Origin: an uncultured Oscillospiraceae bacterium
GTDB taxonomy: Bacteria; Bacillota; Clostridia; Christensenellales; CAG-138
Direction of reading: 5' to 3'
Assembly (NCBI GenBank): GCA_964408655.1
Contig: CAYPAH010000001.1
Span: 1-44,250 of the forward strand
DNA length: 44,250 bases
Each line of letters starts with the position of its first letter. Position 1 is the first letter of the stretch. Positions 9,775 to 18,531 of this stretch are shown here, piece by piece. Under the pieces are notes generated by a model, which had not been told where the DNA came from, did no database searches, and saw only the letters and a program-made list of their open reading frames with translations. Both the position numbers and the translations under genes were made by a program.

Positions 9775-10502
9775 ATATTTCGCGGAAGGCAGCACAAAGC
9801 GCTCTCAAGCGCCTCCACAGCCTCCTCCTCCATTCCGTTTTTCCCCAGCATGAGCAAGCGCGCCACGCGCTCTCTCGGCTGGCGGTTCAAAGCGCAAAGC
9901 GCCGCGAATAAAACATGCCCGTGGTCGCTCGCAAGATCTCCGGCTTCCGCTGCCGCCGCCGTGTGCGCGCCCAGCACATCATAGCGAAGCTGCGCCCTTG
10001 CGGTGAGTATGCGGTCGTTCATAAGCATCATGCGGTATGTTTCGGCGCTTGCGCTCACGGCCTCTTTATGAAGCTCCACAGTGAAAAACGCGGCCTCGGC
10101 AGCGTCGTCGCCCGCCTTTGGCTCAATAGAGTCCATTGGCGCAACGGTATAATGTCCCACTGTTATCACCCTTGTTCGCGGGTCGCGATCAAGCGCGCCA
10201 AAGGCGCCGAACTGTATCATCGGCAGCCCCGTAACGCCCGTTTCTTCCATCAGCTCGCGCTCCGCTGCCTGATAAAGCTCTTCATCCATGTTGACAAAGC
10301 CGCCGGGCAGCGCATATTTGCCTATAGAGGGATGATCCTTTCTTTTTACGAGCAGCACCGCAAGCTCCGGCCCCGCCATGCGCTCTACCAAGGTGAAAAC
10401 GGCTATATCCGCCGTTACCGACGGACGCTCATAGCGCGTAACGTCATATGCCGACAAAAATTCTTCCAGCGTCTGTCCTTTTTCATTGCGGATCGCCTTC
10501 AT
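9771..10502 (-). CDS. NUDIX hydrolase (NrtR/ADP-ribose pyrophosphatase-like N-terminal fold)
   Basis: Nudix box GGFVNMDEELYQAAERELMEETGV. Start ATG 10502 is preceded by GGAGGT at about 9 nt; the ORF track start (10565) lacks an RBS. Confidence 0.85.
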   Translation of the reverse strand: MKAIRNEKGQTLEEFLSAYDVTRYERPSVTADIAVFTLVERMAGPELAVLLVKRKDHPSIGKYALPGGFVNMDEELYQAAERELMEETGVTGLPMIQFGAFGALDRDPRTRVITVGHYTVAPMDSIEPKAGDDAAEAAFFTVELHKEAVSASAETYRMMLMNDRILTARAQLRYDVLGAHTAAAAEAGDLASDHGHVLFAALCALNRQPRERVARLLMLGKNGMEEEAVEALESALCCLPRNI

Positions 10503-10590
10503 AAGCGCTTTACCTCCGGGCTTTGATCTTTTATTATTATACCTTTTCGATACGGCATACGCCATACCGATATTGCATAACTATTATAAC

Positions 10591-11469
10591 ATGGAAAAAC
10601 GTATCGTGCTTTCAGGGCAATTCAGCGGCACAGCGCATCTGTGCGCGGAAAACGAGCGCACAGAGCTGCGCCTGAATACGCGGCGGGCGCTTCCGGAGGA
10701 ATGCACAGCTTATCTATTGTGCGCCTCTAAGCTTGTGCCCATGCCGCTCTACGCCGGGGCGGGCAGCGTGAAAGGCCGTTTTGCGGCGGACGCGCTGCTC
10801 GTCGCGACGGGCGAAAGGCTGCTTTGCTCCGGCGGCTTTTCCGGCCGCAGCCAAAGCTATGAGCAGGCTCTTCGCGAAATGCGGCTTATCGCATTTTCAC
10901 TCTCGCAAAGCTCCGCCAATAAAGGCGGCTCCGAAAGCGAAGCCGCAAAGGAAAAAGCTTCATCCCCCAAACACGCTCAAGCGTCAATAGAAAACAGCGA
11001 AAAAAACGAAGCGGAAGAGAAAGATAAAACGAGCGCGGCCGCGGCTGATATAGCGGCTGATATAATAGAAGAAACGCCCGCTTCAAGCGCGAGTGAGAGC
11101 TTTCCCTTTAAACTTCCCGCAGGCGGCGAAAGCCCCGCGCTTTTTGAGATATTGCAAAAGGCGCAGTCGCTTTTCGGCCCGCTTCGCGCCATGCAGCAGG
11201 CTCAGCCGCCCGTAAAAGAAGCGCCGCGCGAAGCCCCGCTTTGCCCTTTTCCCAGGGAATATCCCAAGGCTGTGTGGAAAAAGGTGCAATATCCCGCCTC
11301 GCCGCGCTATTATCTCGAAGGAACCATGCAAAATGCGGAGGGTCGCTTTATCCTTCACGCGATAACCGGCGAATATTCGGCTACGCCTCCCGTTCCCGGC
11401 TTCAAGCGCTTTCTTCGCGCCGAGGATGGCTGCGGATATTGGATAAGAATAAGAAAAGCACGGCCGTAG
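10591..11469 (+). CDS. Hypothetical protein with low-complexity acidic/Ser-rich centre
   Basis: 292 aa from ATG 10591, the first ATG after the divergent NUDIX start. No family recognised. Coding inferred from length and codon bias only. Confidence 0.55.
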   Translation: MEKRIVLSGQFSGTAHLCAENERTELRLNTRRALPEECTAYLLCASKLVPMPLYAGAGSVKGRFAADALLVATGERLLCSGGFSGRSQSYEQALREMRLIAFSLSQSSANKGGSESEAAKEKASSPKHAQASIENSEKNEAEEKDKTSAAAADIAADIIEETPASSASESFPFKLPAGGESPALFEILQKAQSLFGPLRAMQQAQPPVKEAPREAPLCPFPREYPKAVWKKVQYPASPRYYLEGTMQNAEGRFILHAITGEYSATPPVPGFKRFLRAEDGCGYWIRIRKARP

Positions 11470-11503
11470 CCATGCTCTTTGTTTTATATTCTAGCTTATT
11501 GTA

Positions 11504-13003
11504 TCACGGAAGCATATCGTAAAGTTCCTCTGGAAGCAGCTTTTCCTCCACCTGCGTTTTCATTAGGCCGCGGCTTTGGCAAAGCCCGCTTAAAGCAAGG
11601 GCGAGCGCGTCCGTTTTTTCTTTTATAACAAGTCCCTCGGCCTCGGCTCTTTCGGGAAGGGCGTCGTCATATCCCTCCACCTCCGCCCATGGCTCGCGCT
11701 CGCAAAGCGCCTCAAGCTCAACGACGCTTTTGCAAAGCTCCGTATAATACGGGTCGGCATAATAACTCAAAAGCTCCGCATTTTGCTCGTATAAGCTCAG
11801 GTCAAGGCCGAAAAGGGAGCAGATGTAGCGCGTTGCCGCCGCGTATTCCCTGCCGCGCTTTGCCTCTTTTTCAGCTATCACATAGGGAAGGCCGAAGCGG
11901 TTATCCGTTTTTATGCGAAGGCCGTATATTTCCTCTATCATATCCTGCAATGCAATGGTATCGAGCACATAAAATGTGGCGTTTGAAAAAGAGGTCTTAC
12001 TGACCAGCTCTCCCGGCAGGGTATAGCGGTGAAGCTGAGCGGCAACGTCGAGCTTCTGCCCGAAAAGAGCCAGCGCCGCTATCTGCTCCGCGTTAAGGTC
12101 GGTATATACATAATCCTTTACCGAATCATAGATCTTTGGCACATTCACGAGCTGCCCCCTTTGCTGAAGCTGCGAAAAGATCGCGAATATGATGCGCTGC
12201 TGCCTGTCCGCGCGGCCAATGTCGGAATTTGCCCCCGCGCTGCCCGTGCCCGTTATCCTTTTTCTCGCCCGGCAATAATCAAGCACCTGCTGTCCGTTCA
12301 AGTGCTGATAGCCTTCCTCTAAGACGCGGCCGTTAAGCTCGATCCTCACGTCCACATCATAATCCACGCCCCCCATGGCGTCCACCACGGCCTTAACGCC
12401 CTCCATATTGACCCCCGCGTAATGGGATATGGGTACCTGCAAAAGATTTTCAACGGTCTTCATCGCATAGCTAAAGCCGTCGCCCGCGGCGCTGCCTCCC
12501 TTTGCAAAAGCCGCGTTTATCTTCCAGCGTCCGCTCGTTTCATAAACGGAGGCCATGGTGTCGCGCGGTATGGAAATAAGATCGATGCAGCTTTTCCCAA
12601 AGTCCACCCGCAAAAGCATCATCACATCCGAGCGGAAGTTGTTTTCTTCATCGCGGTAAAGCGAGCTGTCCTCATCATCGCGCTCGGGGCTTTGATCCCA
12701 GCCGAGCAACAATATGTTCACCGCGCCCTGCATAAAGTCCTTTGCCGCTTCGCCGTCAAGCATTTCCTGAGGCGAAAGCGTAGACGGGGGCGTAATAAGC
12801 GCATGTGAATCCATGATAGCGGGCGTTTGCGAAGGTCTTATCGTAAGCTGAGGCGAGGGCGTTGCAAAAACGCGCATCGGGTCTATCGCCACGCGCGTAT
12901 AAAAGCGTATTACGAAAAAGATCAAGGCCGCAACGCCCGCAAGCAGGCATATGAGTATTATGCGGCGCGGATCTTTTCTGTTTTGTTTTTCTTTGTTTTC
13001 CAT
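11504..13003 (-). CDS. LytR-CpsA-Psr (LCP) family cell-envelope glycopolymer transferase
   Basis: N-terminal TM, then an LCP core (NILLLGWDQS...RSDVMMLLRVD...ISIPRDT...INAAFAKGG). About 150-aa C-terminal extension. Start taken at ATG 13003 (MENKEK); the ORF track starts at a TTG at 13066. Confidence 0.85.
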   Translation of the reverse strand: MENKEKQNRKDPRRIILICLLAGVAALIFFVIRFYTRVAIDPMRVFATPSPQLTIRPSQTPAIMDSHALITPPSTLSPQEMLDGEAAKDFMQGAVNILLLGWDQSPERDDEDSSLYRDEENNFRSDVMMLLRVDFGKSCIDLISIPRDTMASVYETSGRWKINAAFAKGGSAAGDGFSYAMKTVENLLQVPISHYAGVNMEGVKAVVDAMGGVDYDVDVRIELNGRVLEEGYQHLNGQQVLDYCRARKRITGTGSAGANSDIGRADRQQRIIFAIFSQLQQRGQLVNVPKIYDSVKDYVYTDLNAEQIAALALFGQKLDVAAQLHRYTLPGELVSKTSFSNATFYVLDTIALQDMIEEIYGLRIKTDNRFGLPYVIAEKEAKRGREYAAATRYICSLFGLDLSLYEQNAELLSYYADPYYTELCKSVVELEALCEREPWAEVEGYDDALPERAEAEGLVIKEKTDALALALSGLCQSRGLMKTQVEEKLLPEELYDMLP

Positions 13004-13150
13004 AGCTTCATTATACTTTATAGTTCCCCGCGAAACAACGCATATGCAAAAACGCAGGCTTTTCAAAAAAGTCCGGCCGGCCTTTTTGAGCCTTCCGAAT
13101 TTTGCCTGTGCCCTTTGGCCGCAGCCCTCAAAATGCGAATGGAAACAGCA

Positions 13151-13184
13151 AGCGCCCGCAGCTCATATTGAACCGCCGGGCGCT
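13151..13184. terminator. GC-rich hairpin at the distal end of the phage-like operon (possible terminator)
   Basis: 8-bp stem AGCGCCCG/CGGGCGCT with an 18-nt loop. The T-tract (TTTGTTTTGTT) lies on the plus-strand side, so orientation and function are ambiguous. Confidence 0.35.
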
Positions 13185-13204
13185 TTGTTTTGTTATATTT
13201 ATAT

Positions 13205-13501
13205 TTACTTTTTCTTTTTTATCGCCGCCGCCATGCCAAGGAGCGCCGGGAGGATCAGCAGCGCCGCCGCGCCCGCGTCTCCCGTGGCGGGAAGAGAAGC
13301 CACCGGATATACGGGTATAACGCGCACCGGCATGATAAGCGTAAGTCTTCCGCAGGAAAGACAGCCGTCAGAGCCTGCCTTTTCGCCAAGAGAACCATCG
13401 GAAAGAGCGCCGCATGAGCCGAGCGCGTTTGCCGAAGCCGCCAGAGAAAGCAGCAGGCAGGCGAGCAGCAAAAGCGCAAGCCTTCTTTTTATCTTATGCA
13501 T
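13205..13501 (-). CDS. Small secreted LPXTG cell-wall-anchored protein
   Basis: 98 aa. Signal peptide (MHKIKRRLALLLLACLLLSLAASANA), a ~45-aa Cys-containing mature segment, then LPATG plus a hydrophobic helix and a KKKK tail, which is a canonical sortase sorting signal. GGGGGAG RBS about 7 nt upstream. Confidence 0.8.
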   Translation of the reverse strand: MHKIKRRLALLLLACLLLSLAASANALGSCGALSDGSLGEKAGSDGCLSCGRLTLIMPVRVIPVYPVASLPATGDAGAAALLILPALLGMAAAIKKKK

Positions 13502-13516
13502 AAACAGCTCCCCCGC

Positions 13517-13813
13517 CTATTCCTTCTTTGCCTTGCAATATTCGCCCGTGCATTTCACGGCGTCGAAAGCGCCGTTTGAGGCAAGCGCCACGACCGCCGC
13601 GTTGATAAGCGCCAGAACCGCGCCCGCAATATCCAGCTCTCCCGAATAAAACGTTGCGCCAAGCAGAATGAGCGCCGCCACAAAATATGCGAATATCCTT
13701 GTGGGCAGCTTATCAAAAAGCGGCACCTCCTTCAAAAGCTGTGTTATAAGAGTGGTCGCGAGCACCGCGCCGGCATATGTGCCGAGTATCGGCCATGTAA
13801 AAAATTCATTCAT
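13517..13813 (-). CDS. Putative phage holin
   Basis: 98 aa with 2-3 predicted TM helices and a charged C-terminus (KAKKE). Located immediately after the XhlA-like and endolysin genes. Confidence 0.6.
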   Translation of the reverse strand: MNEFFTWPILGTYAGAVLATTLITQLLKEVPLFDKLPTRIFAYFVAALILLGATFYSGELDIAGAVLALINAAVVALASNGAFDAVKCTGEYCKAKKE

Positions 13814-13832
13814 GCCTTTTTCTCCTTTTCTT

Positions 13833-14030
13833 CTATAATCCTAGTTCAGCAAGCAGAAAACCCATTCCCGCCGCAAGCAATATCTTCAAGCTGTCCGCAA
13901 GCAGAGCCTCCCATTTTTTGCCCGCCCTGCTTTCAAGCAGCCTGAGCCGTGTTTCATGGTCGTCAAGACGCGATATGGCTATATCGAGCTTGGTTTCTAT
14001 GCGCGCAAGCGTCTCTGTCGTTCCATCCAT
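13833..14030 (-). CDS. XhlA-like lysis accessory membrane protein
   Basis: 65 aa from ATG 14030 (GAGG upstream). Coiled coil (LARIETKLDIAISRLDDHETRLRLLESR) plus a C-terminal TM, resembling PBSX XhlA. The ORF track start at 14075 would overlap the endolysin by 40 nt. Confidence 0.6.
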   Translation of the reverse strand: MDGTTETLARIETKLDIAISRLDDHETRLRLLESRAGKKWEALLADSLKILLAAGMGFLLAELGL

Positions 14031-14035
14031 ACGCT

Positions 14036-14770
14036 CTATGCCTCGAAAAAGGGCAGCCGCCCGTAACGGTTCCAATAGCTCTCAGAGCTTGCGTCAAGCT
14101 CTCTCTCCACTACGCCGTCGTCGCATCCTTTGGCCTCTATTACCCTGCCCGCGCCCATATATACGCCCACATGATAAATGCGAACGCCGTTATGCCTGAA
14201 CACAAGATCGCCTGCTTTAAGCTCGTTTCTTGATATCTGCTCGCATTTTCCGTAAAGACCGCGCGAGGAAAGGTCATATGGGATAAGCCGCTTTTCAAGC
14301 AGAAATCTCACAATGAGCCCCGAGCAGTCATAAGCCCTTATGGGCGACATGCCCTCTGAAAGCCTTCTTTCATAAAGCGCGGCCGCCCTTGCCGCATTAT
14401 ATGCCGTAGTCTCTCTTGAATATATCCAGCTCGCGCTGCTCACGCTCTCGCCTTGAGCGCCCCAGACATATATGCTGCCGAGCTGATCCTTAAGATAGCC
14501 GAGAAAGGCTTCAAGCAGATCTTCGCCTTGCTCTTCATTTTCGCCTTCGCCGTTTTTTTCAAGCTCCGCGTTGGTCAAAGGCCCCGCCATCCCGTCGATC
14601 TCAAGCCCTTTATCCGCCTGAAAAGACTTGAGGGCGGCGAGCGTTTTTTCTCCGAATATGCCGTCCGCGCCGCCCGCGTCGTAGCCGTGCGCCAAAAGCC
14701 TTTCCTGCAATACTCTCACGTCCGTTCCGTGCTGCATAGGTATCGTATATTTCAAAATTCTTTGAGCCAT
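14036..14770 (-). CDS. Endolysin: PG_binding_1 domain + NlpC/P60 endopeptidase
   Basis: 244 aa. N-terminal peptidoglycan-binding repeat (VRVLQERLLAHGYDAGGADGIFGEKTLAALKSFQ). C-terminal NlpC/P60 with catalytic Cys (YDCSGLIVRF) and His (YHVGVYMG). Confidence 0.85.
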   Translation of the reverse strand: MAQRILKYTIPMQHGTDVRVLQERLLAHGYDAGGADGIFGEKTLAALKSFQADKGLEIDGMAGPLTNAELEKNGEGENEEQGEDLLEAFLGYLKDQLGSIYVWGAQGESVSSASWIYSRETTAYNAARAAALYERRLSEGMSPIRAYDCSGLIVRFLLEKRLIPYDLSSRGLYGKCEQISRNELKAGDLVFRHNGVRIYHVGVYMGAGRVIEAKGCDDGVVERELDASSESYWNRYGRLPFFEA

Positions 14771-14794
14771 ATTTTTTCTCCCTCCGGCGCGCGC

Positions 14795-15853
14795 TTAGTC
14801 CACGCCGTATTTTCTTTTAAGCCCGGCGTAGCCGCTCTCGCCAAGCACGGATTTGATATAAGCAATGCTCGGCGCGTCGTTCAGCATCACCCGCCGCTCT
14901 CTTTCGGTCATCCCGGCAAAAAGCGAATATATCTTTTCGCCCGCCTCATTGCCGCTTGAAACGCTCTTTGAGCTTTTTGACGAGCTTGCGCCTTTGCTCG
15001 CGGACGAGCTTTTTTTAAGCGCATATTCACGTTCCCAGTTTTCCTGCTCGCGCGCGTTCTGCGCTTCTTTATAGGCAAGCTCCCGCTCATATCTTGCCGC
15101 CTCCTGCTCCGCTTCATATCGGGCAAGCGCGGCCTCCCGCTCGTCGCGGTACTGCCTGTAGTAAAATTCCCTCTCCGCGTTCGCGTCTTCTATTTCGTCG
15201 CGGTAACGCCCGTAGCCGGCCTCGTCAAGCTCGCTGTAAGCGGCAAGCTCTTTATAAAGGGAATCCTCCTCGCTCTTATATTTATCATATGCGCCCTCGG
15301 CAAGATCGGGCACCTTGTCCGCAAGCGCGCGCATATATGCCTGATAGCTTTGCTGCCCCACGCCCTGCGCATATGACGAGCCGTAGCCGCCCGTGAGCGC
15401 GGCCGCGCTGCCCATGCTGTCCTGCATGGCAAGCTTTCCGCCCTGAATATAGCTTTCCTTATAATTATCATAGAGAGGATCTTCGCTGTAATCATATGAA
15501 AAAGGCTCGCGCTCTTCTATTGCGTTCATAAGCGTTTCGAGCTTGTCGCTGTAGGCGCTTTTATATTCCCTGGCGGGCTTTATGCTCTGCATCTGCTTTG
15601 CAATGGCAAGCGTCGCGTCCTCGCCGAAGGGCGCGCCGTAGTCCGCCCTTGCGCCCCAGTCGGGCTTTTTCCCCGCTGCGCTCTCCGTCCGCGTGATCCC
15701 TGCGCTTTGCACCTCGGGCAGTTCGAGAGTGGCGCCCGCGTATATCCTGTTTATGTTTTTTATGCCGTTGCGCTTTGCAAGCTCGTCAACGCTTGATTTA
15801 TAGCGTTTGGCGAGGGAGCTTAGCGTATCGCCCCTTTGAATCGTATATTTCAT
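14795..15853 (-). CDS. LysM-domain protein with E/R/Y-rich coiled-coil and Ser-rich tract
   Basis: 352 aa. N-terminal LysM (YTIQRGDTLSSLAKRY...INRIYAGATLELP), a central repetitive YRDE/ERE/AAR region, a poly-Ser/Lys tract and a conserved-looking C-terminus. Function unknown. Confidence 0.7.
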   Translation of the reverse strand: MKYTIQRGDTLSSLAKRYKSSVDELAKRNGIKNINRIYAGATLELPEVQSAGITRTESAAGKKPDWGARADYGAPFGEDATLAIAKQMQSIKPAREYKSAYSDKLETLMNAIEEREPFSYDYSEDPLYDNYKESYIQGGKLAMQDSMGSAAALTGGYGSSYAQGVGQQSYQAYMRALADKVPDLAEGAYDKYKSEEDSLYKELAAYSELDEAGYGRYRDEIEDANAEREFYYRQYRDEREAALARYEAEQEAARYERELAYKEAQNAREQENWEREYALKKSSSASKGASSSKSSKSVSSGNEAGEKIYSLFAGMTERERRVMLNDAPSIAYIKSVLGESGYAGLKRKYGVD

Positions 15854-15869
15854 AGCCTTTCAAGCTCCT

Positions 15870-16832
15870 TTATGTGTTTACGGTGGTGAAGTCGAAATAA
15901 CTGCGGCTTTTGTCGTCGTTGCTCTGCCTTATCCAGAAAGCGCCCGTGTCCGCGCCCGTCCATATGGCTGCCGCCGCGTCATAGCTGTATTTTTTATTGC
16001 AATAAGCCCAGAGGTATCCCCCCGCGTCCGTGCTCGTCGTTGTGTAGCCATATACCTCGCCGGATGAGCATGTTCCAAGCGTGCTCGAGCCCGTGTTCGG
16101 ATATGCGCGCTTGTTCAGCCCCTCGCCCTGCGACCTTATGCGCAAAACGTTCGTCGCGCTGCTCTGTGGCACGCTGCCGGGAGTGGAAATGACGAGCTGC
16201 CCGTTGCTTATCGCCATATCGAAAAGGCAGAGGCGTCCCGTGTCGGATATGCCGAGAAAATAAGCGCCCGACGAGCCTGAGGGCTGGCCGTAGACATAAT
16301 CGAGATTGTCGGCGTTCACAAGCAGTCCCGCCGCCCTTTTGTCCGAGAGCGTTATGCCGCCCACCTGCAGGGTGGCCGCTCCCGCGAGATTTCCCGCCGC
16401 GTCCACCGAAAAGCCGCCGAAGGAGCCGGCCGTAGCCTCCATGCTGCCGTCGGTATTTATCCTAAAGCCGTCGTTGGCGGTGACTACGCCCTCGAGCGAT
16501 ATCCTCTCCGCCTGTATCTTCACTTCCTCGGCGCTTTGATTTATCTCGCTGATTATTTCGCCCTTTTGCACCTTTAGCGAGATGCTTTCGTTGCTTTTTT
16601 CTATGGCCGAGCGGCATTCTTCAAGCCCCGTTATCGCGTCCCCGCTTTTTTGAACGCTAGCGCTTATGCTCTCGTTAAGCTTCACGCCGAGATTGTTTTC
16701 GTCCAGATGGCTGAGAGTGTATGAAAGCTGCTCCGTTAAAACATACATATAGTCTCTCAGCTTTTTTATCTCTCTCGCGCTGCTCAGATCGCTCTTTTCA
16801 AGCTCCGGCAGTTCTATATTAAGCTGCGGCAT
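15870..16832 (-). CDS. Putative tail fibre / receptor-binding protein
   Basis: 320 aa. N-terminal coiled coil, then a segment (ISLKVQKGEIISEINQSAEEVKIQAERISLEG) resembling motifs in Gram-positive phage tail or minor structural proteins. The C-terminal ~90 aa look SH3b-like. Function is inference. Confidence 0.5.
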   Translation of the reverse strand: MPQLNIELPELEKSDLSSAREIKKLRDYMYVLTEQLSYTLSHLDENNLGVKLNESISASVQKSGDAITGLEECRSAIEKSNESISLKVQKGEIISEINQSAEEVKIQAERISLEGVVTANDGFRINTDGSMEATAGSFGGFSVDAAGNLAGAATLQVGGITLSDKRAAGLLVNADNLDYVYGQPSGSSGAYFLGISDTGRLCLFDMAISNGQLVISTPGSVPQSSATNVLRIRSQGEGLNKRAYPNTGSSTLGTCSSGEVYGYTTTSTDAGGYLWAYCNKKYSYDAAAAIWTGADTGAFWIRQSNDDKSRSYFDFTTVNT

Positions 16833-16833
16833 A

Positions 16834-18513
16834 TTATTCTCCCGCCTCCTCGCTTACAAAACTCAGCCCGTGCAGCGCGGCCTCGCCCTCGCCCTCAACG
16901 CGAAGGCGAAGGGAATCGCAGCGGCGCAGTCTCAGCGGCACGAGCACAGGCCGCTTTCGCGTGACCTTTATGCTTCCGGCACTCGAGAACGCGCCGCCGT
17001 CAAAGCTGAGCATAAGGCGAAGCTGCGCTCCCGCCTCCGCCCAAAGACGGATAATAAGCTTTTGCGGACGCTGATATCCCGCGTCGATAAGCTCGCCCGT
17101 TTCAAAATACCAGCTCAGCTTTCCCTCAGCCGTCCCTTCGGAAGCATCAAGAGAAAAGAGCGCGCCGTCGTCTCTTAGCATGTATCCGCTGCCGCCAAGG
17201 CTTACTATAGCCTTAGCCCTGCTCTCATCCTCCCTGTGCCAAAGGGCGCAGCGGCTGTCGTAAACGAAAAGATGCGTCTCTCCGTTTTCGTCCTCGGCGC
17301 TTAGATAATATTTATCCTCAACGGCGCCGCCCACCGCGTTTTTGAGCCTTTCGCCAAGATCTTCGCCTATAAGCTCCGGCATAGAGCCACCATAGGCGCA
17401 CACTCCCGCGCGCGCATGGTAATAAAGCAGGCCGCCCATTTCACAAAGGCTTTTTTCCGATCCGCGGCACAGCCCGTAGCAGGGGGTGGTGACAAGCTGA
17501 TAATTTTCCGGCCGCGTCCCCATCAGCTTCATAAGCCTGTCCTCTTTAAAAAAGAGAACGTTGTTGCCATAGGCGCAGCAGCCGCTGAAGCTGCCTCCGC
17601 CGCCGGTAGAGAGGGTATAGCTGTCGGTGCTTATGCCCATATAACAGTTCCAGTTGCCCGGGTCGCCAAGCTTGCAGCAGGCTATCTCGTTTCTTTCGCT
17701 GCTGCATCCCCAAACGCGGTTGTCCTTTTCGCAGATAAAGTCAAAATCGGGGATTTCCCGGGAAATATGAAGCTCCGCGCTCTGCGTGAAGGCTTCGTCC
17801 AGCGTGCCCGCGATAAGAAGATAGTCCTCGCCCGCCGCGTAAACAACGGCGCTGCCGTTTATGGCCTGCGCTTCGGCTCCGCTTATCTCTATCCCGTCAT
17901 ATTCTGAAAAGTCCGCCCCTATGCCAGCGTTCGATATTTTTATATATGCCGCGCTCAAGCTTATCCACATGCCCGAAAGCGAGGAATAGCGCTTTAATAC
18001 ATTGGGAGTCTGCGCGGTGTCGAGCCACAGCGCCCCACCCGAGGGGTCCTCCGGCGGCATATCCGAAACGGCATAGCTTTGGTATTCCTCGCCCTGAAGG
18101 TTGCACATGGAAAAGCTCACCGTTCCCTCGCTTGCGAACTCCGCCCCCAGCGCTGAAAGAGTGCCGTCTTCGGTGTTGAAGCTAAGCTTATCCGGCCAGA
18201 TGAGTATTTTAGCGCCCGATCTCACAAAGCTCTTTTCCGTGTCGCTGACGCTGCCCACGCATTCCCCGTCGTAAAAAAGCTGAGTTCCATCGGCCCAGCA
18301 AAGCTTTTCGCCCGCGAAAAGGCCGTTTGGTTTTTCAAGCACAGCCGCTCTTCCCCGCTTTTTTCGCGTGGAGAGAAGCGGAAAACGATCGGCCGAAAGA
18401 TTTTTCATTTCATAAAAACGATCCGCGCCCGCACGGTGATCGTGACGGTAGCCGCCAAAGGCGCTTATGGAACGCTTTATGCGTTTTGTCGATACAAGTG
18501 GAGGTAATTTCAT
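16834..18513 (-). CDS. Large phage structural protein (possible tail hub/nozzle)
   Basis: 559 aa, the largest structural ORF after the capsid gene, with repetitive beta-rich sequence. Role assigned only from position in a P22/T7-like gene order. Confidence 0.45.
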   Translation of the reverse strand: MKLPPLVSTKRIKRSISAFGGYRHDHRAGADRFYEMKNLSADRFPLLSTRKKRGRAAVLEKPNGLFAGEKLCWADGTQLFYDGECVGSVSDTEKSFVRSGAKILIWPDKLSFNTEDGTLSALGAEFASEGTVSFSMCNLQGEEYQSYAVSDMPPEDPSGGALWLDTAQTPNVLKRYSSLSGMWISLSAAYIKISNAGIGADFSEYDGIEISGAEAQAINGSAVVYAAGEDYLLIAGTLDEAFTQSAELHISREIPDFDFICEKDNRVWGCSSERNEIACCKLGDPGNWNCYMGISTDSYTLSTGGGGSFSGCCAYGNNVLFFKEDRLMKLMGTRPENYQLVTTPCYGLCRGSEKSLCEMGGLLYYHARAGVCAYGGSMPELIGEDLGERLKNAVGGAVEDKYYLSAEDENGETHLFVYDSRCALWHREDESRAKAIVSLGGSGYMLRDDGALFSLDASEGTAEGKLSWYFETGELIDAGYQRPQKLIIRLWAEAGAQLRLMLSFDGGAFSSAGSIKVTRKRPVLVPLRLRRCDSLRLRVEGEGEAALHGLSFVSEEAGE

Positions 18514-18531
18514 ATGAGCCTCCTCGTTTTT

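Noticed and set aside
13135-13143. 9-mer GCGAATGGA shared between the left flank of the phage-like cluster (13135-13143) and the region after the VWA gene (27730-27738), a possible relic attL/attR enclosing both modules
   Set aside because: Nine nucleotides found by eye between two ~150-bp regions is within chance expectation, and no integrase is present. Comparison with an empty site in a related genome would be needed.
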